Source: an uncultured Gemmatimonadota bacterium (lineage in GTDB: Bacteria > Latescibacterota > UBA2968 > UBA8231). From it: a stretch of DNA of 64,000 nucleotides. The translations under genes were made by a program, and so were the position numbers. The notes beneath the pieces were generated by a model that searched no databases, had not been told where the DNA came from, and worked only from the letters and a program-made list of their open reading frames with translations. Each line of letters opens with the position of its first letter. Position 1 is the first letter of the stretch. The DNA is taken from positions 947 through 64,946 of the forward strand of contig CAITNQ010000314.1 in assembly GCA_903893785.1 (NCBI GenBank). Reading direction: 5' to 3'. This document shows positions 33,257-42,731 of this stretch, one piece after another.

Positions 33257-35047
33257 ATGATCAGCAAGACCGACTCATTGCCGAAGTGGGACCTGACCGA
33301 CCTGTACGCTAGCCGCGAAGATCCCCAACTGGAAGCCGATTTGACAGCCACGCGTGCCGCGGCCGCGGCGTTCGAAAGCCGTTACCGCGGCACCATCGCC
33401 ACGGCCGAATTGACGGCAGGGCATCTGCGCGCGGCCTTGGACGCTTACGAATCACTCCTGCGGCAGGAGTACCGCCCGCAGGCCTACGCCATGCTGCTCT
33501 ACTCGACCGACACCCGTGACGCCGGACGCGGCGCGCTGCTGCAGCGTGTGCGCGAGTTCGGCAGCAGCGTTGCCGCGCGGTTGGTGTTCTTCGAACTCGA
33601 GATCGCCCGCATCCCGACGCCCACCTATGCCAGCGTCGCGGCCAGCCCGGAGCTGGAGCGCTATCGCCACTACCTGGAGCACCAGCGCCGACTGGCGGCG
33701 CACTACCTGTCCGAACCCGAAGAGAGAATACTGGTCGAGACGGCCAACGCCCGGGGCCAAGCCTTCGCCCGGCTGTTCACCGAAATCAATGGCCGCACGC
33801 AGTACCGCCTGGACGACCACGGCGAGACCCGCGAACTCAACCAGTCGGAGCTGCTGGCCCTCCTGTACCACCCGGAACGCGAGCACCGGGCCGCTGCCGC
33901 GCGCGCCCTGACCGACGGGCTGCAGCGCAACGCGCACGTCTGCACCTTCGTGTACAATACGCTGATGCACGAGAAGGACGTGCTCGACCGTCTCCGCTCC
34001 TATCCCTCACCCGAGACCAGTCGCCACCTGGACAACGAGCTGGATCCCGAAGTGGTGGAGACGGTCACTTCGGTCTGCACTGCCAACTATGGCACCGTGG
34101 CCCGTTACTACCACCTGAAGCGCGAGCTCCTTGGCCTGGACCAGTTGGTTCACTACGATCGCTATGCGCCCATCGCCGGTGAGCAGAGCGAGATTCCGTT
34201 CGCCCAGGCCCGCGACCTGGTCCTGGCGGCCTTCGGACAATTCTCACCCCGGTTGGTAGAGATCGCCGAGCCCTTTTTCGAGCGTCGCTGGATCGACGCC
34301 GAAGCCGCCGATGGCAAACGCGGGGGCGCCTTCTGCGCCGGCATCACGCCGGATCTGCACCCGTACGTCTTGATGAACTACACGGGCCAGCCACGCGACG
34401 TGATGACCCTGGCCCACGAACTGGGACACGGCATCCACGATGTCATGGCCGCCGGGAACCACCTGCTGGACTATCACCCGGTGCTGCCGATGGCCGAGAC
34501 CGCCAGCACGTTCGCTGAGATGCTTGTTTTCGATCATCTGCAACAGACGTTGACCTCGGACAGCGAGCGCCTGGCGCTGCTCTGCAGTCGTATCGAAGGC
34601 ACGTTCGCCACGGTGTTCCGCCAGACGGCCATGTTCCGCTTCGAGCAAAATGCCCACCAGGCCCGGCGCGACCAGGGCGAACTGGCCACCGAGAAACTGA
34701 ACGGCCTGTGGCAGGCGGCGATGCAGGACATGTTCGGCGACTCGCTCACGCTGGGCGACGACCACGGGTGGTGGTGGCTGTATATCCCCCACGTGATCAG
34801 CACGCCCTTCTACGTCTACGCCTATGCCTTCGGCGAGCTGCTAGTGCTATCGCTGTACGCCCGGTACCAACTCGAAGGCGCGGATTTCGTCGACCGCTAC
34901 TTCCGCCTGCTGGAAGCCGGCGGTGCGGCGTCGCCAGCGTGCCTGCTGCAGCGGCTAGGGGTAGACATTGCCGACCGGGCATTCTGGCAGGGCGGCTGCG
35001 ACCAGATCCGTGGTCTGGTCGATCGGGCGCAGGATTTGGCCCGCTGA
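33257..35047 (+). CDS. pepF: oligoendopeptidase F (M3B metallopeptidase)
   Basis: 596 aa from the ATG at 33257. Zinc motif 'LAHELGHGIHD' and family-typical overall length and layout. The 5' part of the 32930 ORF is an artefact. Confidence 0.9.
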   Translation: MISKTDSLPKWDLTDLYASREDPQLEADLTATRAAAAAFESRYRGTIATAELTAGHLRAALDAYESLLRQEYRPQAYAMLLYSTDTRDAGRGALLQRVREFGSSVAARLVFFELEIARIPTPTYASVAASPELERYRHYLEHQRRLAAHYLSEPEERILVETANARGQAFARLFTEINGRTQYRLDDHGETRELNQSELLALLYHPEREHRAAAARALTDGLQRNAHVCTFVYNTLMHEKDVLDRLRSYPSPETSRHLDNELDPEVVETVTSVCTANYGTVARYYHLKRELLGLDQLVHYDRYAPIAGEQSEIPFAQARDLVLAAFGQFSPRLVEIAEPFFERRWIDAEAADGKRGGAFCAGITPDLHPYVLMNYTGQPRDVMTLAHELGHGIHDVMAAGNHLLDYHPVLPMAETASTFAEMLVFDHLQQTLTSDSERLALLCSRIEGTFATVFRQTAMFRFEQNAHQARRDQGELATEKLNGLWQAAMQDMFGDSLTLGDDHGWWWLYIPHVISTPFYVYAYAFGELLVLSLYARYQLEGADFVDRYFRLLEAGGAASPACLLQRLGVDIADRAFWQGGCDQIRGLVDRAQDLAR

Positions 35048-35142
35048 CCCAACGGCACCCGTCGGTTGCCCTGCGAGCGTCAGCTCAGGCCAGGCGAGGA
35101 CCGCCGCCTCGGGCGCTGGTTCCGCCCGGCCGCTGACGGCAC

Positions 35143-35784
35143 TCAGTTGACGACGCGCGCCTCCCTGATGTAGTCCAGTGCCGGGAATTGCTCCTGCAGG
35201 TAGCTGTTGCCCTGCTGACGGATCTGCATCTGATCAGGCTTCTCACCGTACTGGGCATTGATCTTCTCGACCACGTCCAGCCCCTCAACGACCGTGCCGA
35301 ACGGGGCGAAACCGTGGGCGTCCAGGTAGGCATTGTCGCCCAGATTGACGAAGATCTGCGTAGTTCGGCTGTTTGGGGCCTGAGTGGCGGCAAAACACAA
35401 CGTGCCGCGTTTGTTCGAACCCCGCACGGGGTCGTCGGCAATCCCGGCGCTCTGCCACTGCGCCCCGATCTGCGGGTCGCCGTGCATACCCCACTGAACG
35501 ACGAAACCCGGCACGACACGGAAGAAGCGCTGCTCGTTGTAGAACCCGTGGCGCGCCAGGTTGTAGAACCGGTCAGCACCGGCGGGCGCCAGAGAGCGGT
35601 CCACGGCCACCGTGAAAGATCCGGCCGAGGTCTCGAAAACGACCTTGAACTGAGCCGGAGCGGGTTCTTTGAAGGCCGCGTGAGCGGGGTTCATGATCAC
35701 CTCCCGGTTGACGCGGTGACCGCCGAAACCGCAGCCGGCTGCCAGGCTGACCCAGGCCACGGCGAACAGGACGAACGGGCGCAT
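35143..35784 (-). CDS. cyclophilin-type peptidyl-prolyl cis-trans isomerase, secreted
   Basis: Signal peptide 'MRPFVLFAVAWVSLAAGC', then 'FYNEQRFFRVVPGFVVQWG' and 'GTLCFA...NSRTTQIFVNL'. Confidence 0.9.
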   Translation of the reverse strand: MRPFVLFAVAWVSLAAGCGFGGHRVNREVIMNPAHAAFKEPAPAQFKVVFETSAGSFTVAVDRSLAPAGADRFYNLARHGFYNEQRFFRVVPGFVVQWGMHGDPQIGAQWQSAGIADDPVRGSNKRGTLCFAATQAPNSRTTQIFVNLGDNAYLDAHGFAPFGTVVEGLDVVEKINAQYGEKPDQMQIRQQGNSYLQEQFPALDYIREARVVN

Positions 35785-35810
35785 GGTGTTCCTCCCGGCT
35801 GAACGTGCTG

Positions 35811-38081
35811 TCAGCCCAGCGAACGGACCGCGGCCACCAACGCTTCGGCGGTGATACCGAAATGGGCCCAGGTCTCCAGATGTCCATCGGAAGGCGCTAC
35901 GCGGGGATCGGTGATGCCAACGTGCTCGGTGCGCACGTGACTGCGCCGAGCTCGGGTCGCGACCACGCCGGCAAACCCGCAGAGCGCCGCGTCGGCGCCA
36001 CCGATCAATCCGTCTTCCACCGTCACCACACCCTCGGGGTAACGGCGGATCAGGTTCTCAAGCACCTCGCCGCGGACCGGCAGGCCGTTGACAATGTGAA
36101 CGTCCACCGGCACGCCCAGGCGGCGCAGTTCGGCGGCCGCCTCGCCAGCCAGGAACGCCGGGGCGCCCATCGCCAGGATCGCTCGCCGGGCACCCTCCGC
36201 GAGCCGGTACGCCGTCACCGGCTCCCACTCGGAGTCGGCCTCCCACAATGGGCCAGACCCATCGGGTCGGTCCAGGATCGGCAAGTTGTCACGCGGAATA
36301 CCGATGACATGTCCGCCGTAGTGAGCCGCCAGGTCGAGAGTGGCCACAAAGGCGGCGCGGGCATCGGCCGGGGCGTAGAACCGGTGCAGATAGGGCAGGT
36401 ACGTCAGGCCGAGGTTGATCCAGTCCAGGCCCCAGCCCGAGAAGTGGTCACGCCCGGTGCAGGCGCCCACATGCGAGAGGTGGAACGTGACGTTCAGGCC
36501 TTCGTTGACACCGGTCAGGTTGCGCTGATAGCGCCACATGTCAAAGCCTTCGCGGGCTATGCCCTCGAAGAACGCGGCGAAGGTGGACACCACACACAAC
36601 CGTGGCCCGGGTCCGCTCATGGCCAGGCCGTTGGCCATCAGCGTGGCGGCCTGTTCCTCGATGCTGACCTCGAACTGGTGGGCCTCGTCGAGGCAACCGC
36701 GCGCCTTGCCCAGTTTGGTGGAGGCATCCAGGTCGCAGGAGACCACGAACACGCGCTGGGGAAACTGGCGCGCCACCAGGGCATAGGCAGCCTCGCTGCC
36801 GGCTCTTGGGCTTTCGGCCTTGCCGACCGGCGGCAGCGCCGCGGCGGCCAGAGTGGCGCCCGGCAGGACCAGATTGGGCGTTCCGGGTTCCGGCCGGGCA
36901 GCCGTCACCACCAGGCGCGGCGTCTGATGGCCCAGGCTGGCCAGCGCCTGGTCGTGCGCCGAGGTCCGACGGAACATGGGCCCGTTCACCAGGCGTTCGG
37001 TGTCACGGCCCTTCATGTGACCGTCGTGGTGCCCCTTGCCCCCGGGCAGGCGGTTGACCAGGAAGAGACACTCGATCATGGCCTCGACGTCCCGGAAACT
37101 CATCAGCGATCCGGGCACCCAGACCTGCCGATCCATCGGCACGCCATGGGCCGCGGCAAAAGCCTCCACATCGGCAGTAATGCCGTATGTACGACCGAAC
37201 CACGCCAGGTCAATGCGCTGACCGGGGGCGGTCTGGTAACCGACCGGGTAGATCATGTTGGGCCGGCCGCGGCGGGCCAGATCATACCCTTCGCGATAGG
37301 CGGCGTACAGGGCCCGCGTGTCGTGCAGCGTGTCGACCTCGATGATCTCGACGCCCAGCGACTCGATGATCGGCCGCGGATCGCGGTCCATCACGCTTGC
37401 GGTAGCGCCGGAAAGCTGGATGCCGTTGCGGTGCATGACAAAGCTGATGGGGGCCCGGTGCAGATCGGCAATGTTGAAACCGTTGAGCGCCTGGCCCGAG
37501 ATCCACCCGGCATCGCCACAGTGGCAGATCACCCAGGCCTCGCTCCCGTGATCGGCGCGCTTGCCCAGAGCCTGGCCCACGGCGACCGGTACCATGACCC
37601 CAAGGCGGCCGCCGCTCAACTGCGTGCCTCCGGGCAGCCACGAGACGTGCCCGGGCAAGTCGAGACCGCGGCGGAAACCGGCGATGACATCGCGACGGTC
37701 CACATAGCCCAACGCCGCCAACGCGGCGAAATACCCCACGCTGGTGTGGGCGTGCTCAATGGTGTAGGCAACACGCTCGTAGTCCGTCACCGCCAGGGTC
37801 AGCAGCAGGGCCGGAATCAGTTCGAGCCCCCCGCCCAAGTGATCGGCCTCGCCCAACCGGCCCAATTCCGCCACCGAACGCACCGCGATCTCCGCCGCCT
37901 CGATCTGCAACCCCTCGAGGGCATCCAACTCAGCCGGCCCCAGGTCAGGGGTGGTTCGCACGTTGATCGACAAGGGCAGAACGCGCGACTCCTGGCGTCG
38001 ACCCAGGTAGCGGCAGGAACCGATCAGGGCCTGGTTGCGCTCCTGCTGGTCCCCCGATGCCGTAGACCACACTGCGCTCAT
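35811..38081 (-). CDS. transketolase-family thiamine-diphosphate enzyme (fused N- and C-terminal halves)
   Basis: 'DHLGGGLE', the TPP-binding 'CHCGDAGWISGQALNG...HRNGIQLSG', and a Pyr/C-terminal-like second half. 756 aa. Confidence 0.75.
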   Translation of the reverse strand: MSAVWSTASGDQQERNQALIGSCRYLGRRQESRVLPLSINVRTTPDLGPAELDALEGLQIEAAEIAVRSVAELGRLGEADHLGGGLELIPALLLTLAVTDYERVAYTIEHAHTSVGYFAALAALGYVDRRDVIAGFRRGLDLPGHVSWLPGGTQLSGGRLGVMVPVAVGQALGKRADHGSEAWVICHCGDAGWISGQALNGFNIADLHRAPISFVMHRNGIQLSGATASVMDRDPRPIIESLGVEIIEVDTLHDTRALYAAYREGYDLARRGRPNMIYPVGYQTAPGQRIDLAWFGRTYGITADVEAFAAAHGVPMDRQVWVPGSLMSFRDVEAMIECLFLVNRLPGGKGHHDGHMKGRDTERLVNGPMFRRTSAHDQALASLGHQTPRLVVTAARPEPGTPNLVLPGATLAAAALPPVGKAESPRAGSEAAYALVARQFPQRVFVVSCDLDASTKLGKARGCLDEAHQFEVSIEEQAATLMANGLAMSGPGPRLCVVSTFAAFFEGIAREGFDMWRYQRNLTGVNEGLNVTFHLSHVGACTGRDHFSGWGLDWINLGLTYLPYLHRFYAPADARAAFVATLDLAAHYGGHVIGIPRDNLPILDRPDGSGPLWEADSEWEPVTAYRLAEGARRAILAMGAPAFLAGEAAAELRRLGVPVDVHIVNGLPVRGEVLENLIRRYPEGVVTVEDGLIGGADAALCGFAGVVATRARRSHVRTEHVGITDPRVAPSDGHLETWAHFGITAEALVAAVRSLG

Positions 38082-38143
38082 GCGCTACTCCTGAAGTGGA
38101 ACGTGGCGGATACGTGCCGACAGACTGGCCTGGGGTGTGGGGG

Positions 38144-39022
38144 TCAAGGCACGACGAAAAACGGCTGCGTCCAGGCAAACGCCTCACCGCAGCCCCAGCA
38201 CTCGAAACGCACGTAACGGGCGTCGGCGGGCACCTCGACCTCGAGCGACGGCGCGTCCACCTGAGCCAGACGCTGCGCCCCTTCGCGCAGTGCCACTACG
38301 CGGGCGGCGTTGGCGGTCTCGATCCTCAGCGACAAGCCGTCGGTTTCGATATCGGTGATCTCGACGCCGGTGGAGGCGTAGAAACGACCTTCACGCAGCG
38401 CCCGGGTGACCCCGGCGGCCGTTTCGTCGGTGACGTAAGCCACGTTCCAGCCTAGGCCCACATCGAACTGAGCCGCATGGCTGTCGTCGTTGGCAAATCC
38501 CCACAGGCGACGGCCCCGCGTCAGCAGCATGTCCCACCTGTTAGTGGCATACGGGCTGCCCGGAAGACGAGAAATCACCCCGTTATAGATCTCCAGCCCA
38601 AGATAGCCCTGGACCTCGCTCAGCAGGCTCTGCGGGCAGTGATCGAAGTCGGCGAACCAGTTCGGGTGGTTGAAGACGGCGAAACCACCGGTGGCGGCAA
38701 TATCGTTGACCACCTGCTGTCGGTCGGCGTGCGGGGCCACGGGTCCGGGCGCGCCCACGTGGAGCATATGGGGTCCGTGGGCGGTGATCTCGGTGCCCGG
38801 GACCAAGATCATGCCCATTGGTTCAAGCGCGGCCAATTCAGCGTCACCGAACCAGCAGTCGTGGTCGGAAAGCATCAGGAAGCCGTGGCCCCGCTCGGCG
38901 TAGTCGGCAATTACAGCCTGCGGATCCCGCTGCCCATCACTTCGCGTGGTGTGGGTGTGCAGATTACCGAGCAACCATCGGCCGCCGGTCAACTCGCCAT
39001 AGGGGTTGTGCAGGGTCGCCAA
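38144..39022 (-). CDS. PHP-domain (CehA/McbA-like) metallohydrolase
   Basis: 'LGNLHTHTTRSDGQ', 'LMLSDHD', 'FNHPNW' and 'NDDSH'. Confidence 0.75.
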   Translation of the reverse strand: MATLHNPYGELTGGRWLLGNLHTHTTRSDGQRDPQAVIADYAERGHGFLMLSDHDCWFGDAELAALEPMGMILVPGTEITAHGPHMLHVGAPGPVAPHADRQQVVNDIAATGGFAVFNHPNWFADFDHCPQSLLSEVQGYLGLEIYNGVISRLPGSPYATNRWDMLLTRGRRLWGFANDDSHAAQFDVGLGWNVAYVTDETAAGVTRALREGRFYASTGVEITDIETDGLSLRIETANAARVVALREGAQRLAQVDAPSLEVEVPADARYVRFECWGCGEAFAWTQPFFVVP

Positions 39023-39217
39023 CTCGGTCTCCTCTGCCGTCGGCCCGGCCGGGCCGCCGCCAGAGCCGATCAGCGCGCCGGGCCGGGAGGCCCGTGAGGT
39101 TGGCCGACACCGCCCGGTGGCGGTCCAGCCAAGGGTGTGAACCAGTCAAAATAACCGGCGCGCGCCCGACCCACAAGTCGGCCCGGGCACGGGTACGCTA
39201 CGGCTGGCCCCCATGGG

Positions 39218-39246
39218 TTGACGCGAACGCGCCGATGGGATACTAG
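39218..39246 (+). promoter_or_regulatory. weak sigma70-like promoter candidate (TTGACG-N17-TACTAG)
   Basis: Good -35 hexamer and mediocre -10 hexamer, ~85 nt upstream of the ATG at 39333. Confidence 0.3.
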
Positions 39247-39332
39247 ATCGGCTGCAGGAAGGCGTGACCGCACCGCCCCGCGCCCACCCGCGGCGCCGTT
39301 GGCCGCGCCCCGATCCTACCACGGAGGAGTCC

Positions 39333-39899
39333 ATGGCTGACCGCGTCCCGACCCGGGCCGAGGCCCTCGACCTGTTGCACCGCTACAACGCCAACCCCTC
39401 GCTGCTGGCCCATGCCCGCGCGGTCGAGGCCACCATGCGGCACTTCGCCCGGCGCCATGGCGAGGACGAGGAGACCTGGGGGCTGATCGGCCTGGTACAC
39501 GATCTCGACTATGAGCAGTTCCCCGACCAGCACTGCCACAAGACAGCGGAGATCCTGCGCGCCGCCGACTGGCCCGAGACCTGGGTGCGCGCCACTTTGG
39601 CCCACGGGTGGGGGATCTGCACCGATGTGGAACCCCAGTCGGCGCTGGAGCAAACGCTGTATGCCATCGACGAATTGACGGGGTTTGTTGCTGCCTGCGC
39701 CCTCGTCCGTCCGTCACGGAGCGTCGTTGACCTGGAAGTGAAATCAGTTCGCAAGAAATGGCGTCAGGCCAGTTTCGCCGCCGGTGTCGATCGAACCGTG
39801 GTCGAACGCGGGGCCGCCCGGCTCGGAGTCGAGTTGGACGAGTTGACGGCCGAGGTGATCGAGGCCATGCGCGGAGTAGCCGCAGAGTTGGGCCTGTAA
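39333..39899 (+). CDS. HD-domain phosphohydrolase
   Basis: 'HARAVEATMRHFA' and 'GLVHDLDYE' (the HD motif). GGAGGAG RBS before the ATG at 39333. Confidence 0.8.
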   Translation: MADRVPTRAEALDLLHRYNANPSLLAHARAVEATMRHFARRHGEDEETWGLIGLVHDLDYEQFPDQHCHKTAEILRAADWPETWVRATLAHGWGICTDVEPQSALEQTLYAIDELTGFVAACALVRPSRSVVDLEVKSVRKKWRQASFAAGVDRTVVERGAARLGVELDELTAEVIEAMRGVAAELGL

Positions 39900-40085
39900 C
39901 CCGGCGCGCCGGCTCGGAGTCGCGCGGGCGAGGCCGACGGCCGCGGCGATCGAGGCCACGCCGGCGGTCGCCGTCGAATCTGGCCGGTAGCCTGACGCCG
40001 ACGCTCGGAATCGCGCCGGCGGAGCGGATGGCCGAGGTGATCGCGGCCAGGCGCGGAGTAGCCGCGGAGTTGGGTCTGTAGCCCG
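39813..40085 (+). repeat. 91-bp tandem repeat x3: the last 87 nt plus stop of the HD gene and two degenerate downstream copies
   Basis: GCTCGGA(G/A)TC recurs at 39821, 39912 and 40003. Stop codons recur at 39897 (TAA), 39988 (TAG) and 40079 (TAG). The 3' half of copy 3 again encodes '...RGVAAELGL*'. Confidence 0.85.
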
Positions 40086-40217
40086 ACGCGCCGACCTTGC
40101 GCGGAGCCGGCACTTTCACGTTTGCGCCTCCTGCCATAGCTTTGCCGCCGCCGGTGGCCGTCGGGTCCTCGTCCCGAACAGGCCGCCGTCCCCGTCCATC
40201 CCAGAGGACCCGACGCC

Positions 40218-41411
40218 ATGGCCAGACGCCCGAAGATCGCGGCGGTGGTAACGACGTACCACCCCTATGCCCACGCGCAGCACATCGTCGATCGCTTCCT
40301 GGAGGGCTACGGCTGGAATGGCCGCCACCACCGGCCGGCGATGGATCTGGTGTCGATGTACGTTGACCAGGTCGGGGAGAACGACCTCAGCCGCGACCGC
40401 GAGCGTCGCTTTCCGCCGCTGCGAATCTACCCGACGATCGCCGATACACTGACGCTGGGCGGCTCGTCGCTGGCCGTCGACGGTGTGCTGCTGATCGCCG
40501 AGCATGGGCAGTACGGCCGCAACGAGAAGGGACAGGCGCTGTACCCGCGGTACGAGATGTTCCGGCAGATCGTCTCCGTATTCCGCCAGAGCGGCCGGGC
40601 AGTCCCGGTGTTCAACGACAAGCACCTGTCGTGGAAATGGGAGTGGTGCCAGGAAATGTGCGACACAGCCAGGGAACTGGGCTTCGCGTTCATGGCCGGG
40701 TCGTCGCTGCCGGTAACCTGGCGCACGCCGCAGATCGACATGCCCTTGGGGGCCCGCGTCACTGAAGCCATGTGCGTTGGCTACGGCGGCGTGGACAGCT
40801 ACGACTACCACGCCCTGGAGACCCTGCAGTGCATGGTCGAGCGACGCGCCGGGGGCGAGAGCGGCGTCCGCTGGTTCCAGGCTTTCCGCGGCGATCGTTT
40901 CTGGGCCGCCCACCATCAGCGACGCTGGTCGCGCGAGCTGTTCGAGGCCTGTCTGTGTCGCTCGCACACGCTGCATCCGGCCCGCGCCGGGTTCAACGAC
41001 GTGTTCCCGAACGAAGACGAGATGCGCCAAATCGTCACCGATCCCATCGCTTACCAGTACGAGCATCGGGACGGGCTTCTGTCGACCATGATCATGATGA
41101 ATGGCCTAGTGCAGGACTTCAATTTCGCGGCCACCCTAGCCGACCAGGACGAGCCCCTGTCGACCCAGATGTACCTGCCCATGCCGCCGGCGCGGACGAC
41201 ACTGGCGAACTTCTTCAGCCCGCTGGTCAACAACGTCGAGTTGATGTTCCTCACCGGCCGCGCGACGTATCCGGTCGAACGCACCTTGCTCACCTCCGGG
41301 CTGGTGATCGCCGGGGTCGACAGCCTGCACCAGGACCAGGCCCGGCTCGACACGCCCCACCTGGCGGTGGCCTATCAGGCCACCTCGGAATCGACCTTCT
41401 GGAGAACGTGA
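40218..41411 (+). CDS. uncharacterised protein P1 (tandem paralog of P2)
   Basis: 397 aa and no family I can name. The N-terminus 'KIAAVVTTYHPYAHAQHIVDRF...VDGVLLIAEHG' has the layout of a Gfo/Idh/MocA Rossmann domain but lacks the GxGxxG and EKP motifs. Confidence 0.8.
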   Translation: MARRPKIAAVVTTYHPYAHAQHIVDRFLEGYGWNGRHHRPAMDLVSMYVDQVGENDLSRDRERRFPPLRIYPTIADTLTLGGSSLAVDGVLLIAEHGQYGRNEKGQALYPRYEMFRQIVSVFRQSGRAVPVFNDKHLSWKWEWCQEMCDTARELGFAFMAGSSLPVTWRTPQIDMPLGARVTEAMCVGYGGVDSYDYHALETLQCMVERRAGGESGVRWFQAFRGDRFWAAHHQRRWSRELFEACLCRSHTLHPARAGFNDVFPNEDEMRQIVTDPIAYQYEHRDGLLSTMIMMNGLVQDFNFAATLADQDEPLSTQMYLPMPPARTTLANFFSPLVNNVELMFLTGRATYPVERTLLTSGLVIAGVDSLHQDQARLDTPHLAVAYQATSESTFWRT

Positions 41412-41540
41412 AACCCTGTACCGGGCGCCGTCAGGCCGTCCCGTGATGCCGCCGCGGCGCGGCACGCAGAGGCCCGGAACCCGTCCGTCCGTCCCGGCAC
41501 CCCGGTCGCCGCCCACCCTTTGCCGCCGAGCAGGCCAGCC

Positions 41541-42731
41541 ATGAGCACCCAAGCGCCCCAGCGCATTGCCGTGATCGCCACCATCTACAAGTACCTGTCC
41601 CACGCCCAGCACTTCGCCGACCGCTTCATGGTGGGTTACCCGTACGAAGGCCGGTGGCAGCGCCCGAATATGAAGGTCGTGTCGCTGTTCGTGGACCAGC
41701 GGCCCATGGGCGACCAGAGCGAGGACCGTGCCCGCGAATTCGGCTTCTGCGTCTACCCCACCATCGCCGCAGCCCTGCGCTGTGGCGGCGACCGTCTGGC
41801 AGTGGACGCCGTGCTCATCATCGGCGAGCACGGCGACTATCCGACCAACGAGCTGGGCCAGATCCTCTACCCACGCTATGAGTTCTTCAAAGAATGCGTG
41901 AAGGTGTTCGAAGCGGACGGCCGCAGTGTGCCGGTGTACAACGACAAACACCTTTCGTACAGCTTCGCCAAGGCCCGTGAAATGGTCGACGATGGTCACC
42001 GCCTGGGCTTCCCCATCCTGGCGGGTTCGTCGCTGCCGGTTACCTGGCGCCTGCCCGATGTGGAGCTGCCGCTCGGCGCGCCTGTGGAAGAGGCGGTCAT
42101 GGTGGGCTGCGGCGGTTCGGACCCGATGGACTACCATGCGCTGGAGGCCATGCAGTGCATGGTGGAGCGTCGGCGGGGCGGTGAGACGGGCATCAAAGCT
42201 GTGCAGTTGCTCGACGGCGACGATGTCTGGCGGGCGCTGGATGCCGGTCGCTGGTCGCGCGCGCTGTTGGAAGCGGCGCTGTCGCGCAGCGACTCACCCT
42301 GCGGCCTGACGCTGGAGGACGGCCGCACGCAGGACATGCTGGGCAACGGCGAACTGCCGCGCTTGGTGGAGAAGCCAGCTGCATATTTGATCGAGTACAA
42401 CGACGGGCTGCGGGCCACGCTGTTGATGCTCAACGGCGCGGTACGCGACTTCTGCTTCGCCTGCCGCCTGACGGGCCAGGCAGAACCCGTGTCGACCCAG
42501 TTCTTCCTGACGCCGGTGCCCAACGTCACGTACTCGGCTTGCCTGGTAGCCAAGATCGTCGAGATGTTCCAGACCGGTTCGGCGCCTTTCCCTGCCGAAC
42601 GCACGCTCATCGTCAGCGGCATGCTGGAGAGCTGCCTGCAGTCGCGCGCGCACGGGCACCAGCGCCTCGAGACGCCCCACCTGTCGGTGGTCTATCAGGC
42701 CCCTGCCGAGTCCCATCACGCCCGACGGTGA
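41541..42731 (+). CDS. uncharacterised protein P2 (tandem paralog of P1)
   Basis: Colinear with P1, for example 'YPRYEFFKECVKVF', 'VPVYNDKHLS', 'LAGSSLPVTWR', 'YHALEAMQCMVERRRGGETG' and 'ETPHLSVVYQA'. The start could be the ATG at 41541 or the TTG at 41520. Confidence 0.8.
   Translation: MSTQAPQRIAVIATIYKYLSHAQHFADRFMVGYPYEGRWQRPNMKVVSLFVDQRPMGDQSEDRAREFGFCVYPTIAAALRCGGDRLAVDAVLIIGEHGDYPTNELGQILYPRYEFFKECVKVFEADGRSVPVYNDKHLSYSFAKAREMVDDGHRLGFPILAGSSLPVTWRLPDVELPLGAPVEEAVMVGCGGSDPMDYHALEAMQCMVERRRGGETGIKAVQLLDGDDVWRALDAGRWSRALLEAALSRSDSPCGLTLEDGRTQDMLGNGELPRLVEKPAAYLIEYNDGLRATLLMLNGAVRDFCFACRLTGQAEPVSTQFFLTPVPNVTYSACLVAKIVEMFQTGSAPFPAERTLIVSGMLESCLQSRAHGHQRLETPHLSVVYQAPAESHHARR

Noticed and set aside
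35706-35716. Recurring GGTTGACGCG motif as a possible shared regulatory box (also at 21226, 39216 and, as TTGACGCG, at 5266)
   Set aside because: The same decamer also occurs inside the cyclophilin coding sequence (35706-35716), and close variants occur in other CDSs. The recurrence is compatible with GC-biased chance plus a normal -35 hexamer, so no regulon is claimed.
39758-40081. 107-aa plus-strand ORF ending in '...RRGVAAELGL'
   Set aside because: It arises from reading through the 91-bp repeat copies in another frame. Its resemblance to the HD protein C-terminus comes from copy 3 of the repeat, not from a separate gene.
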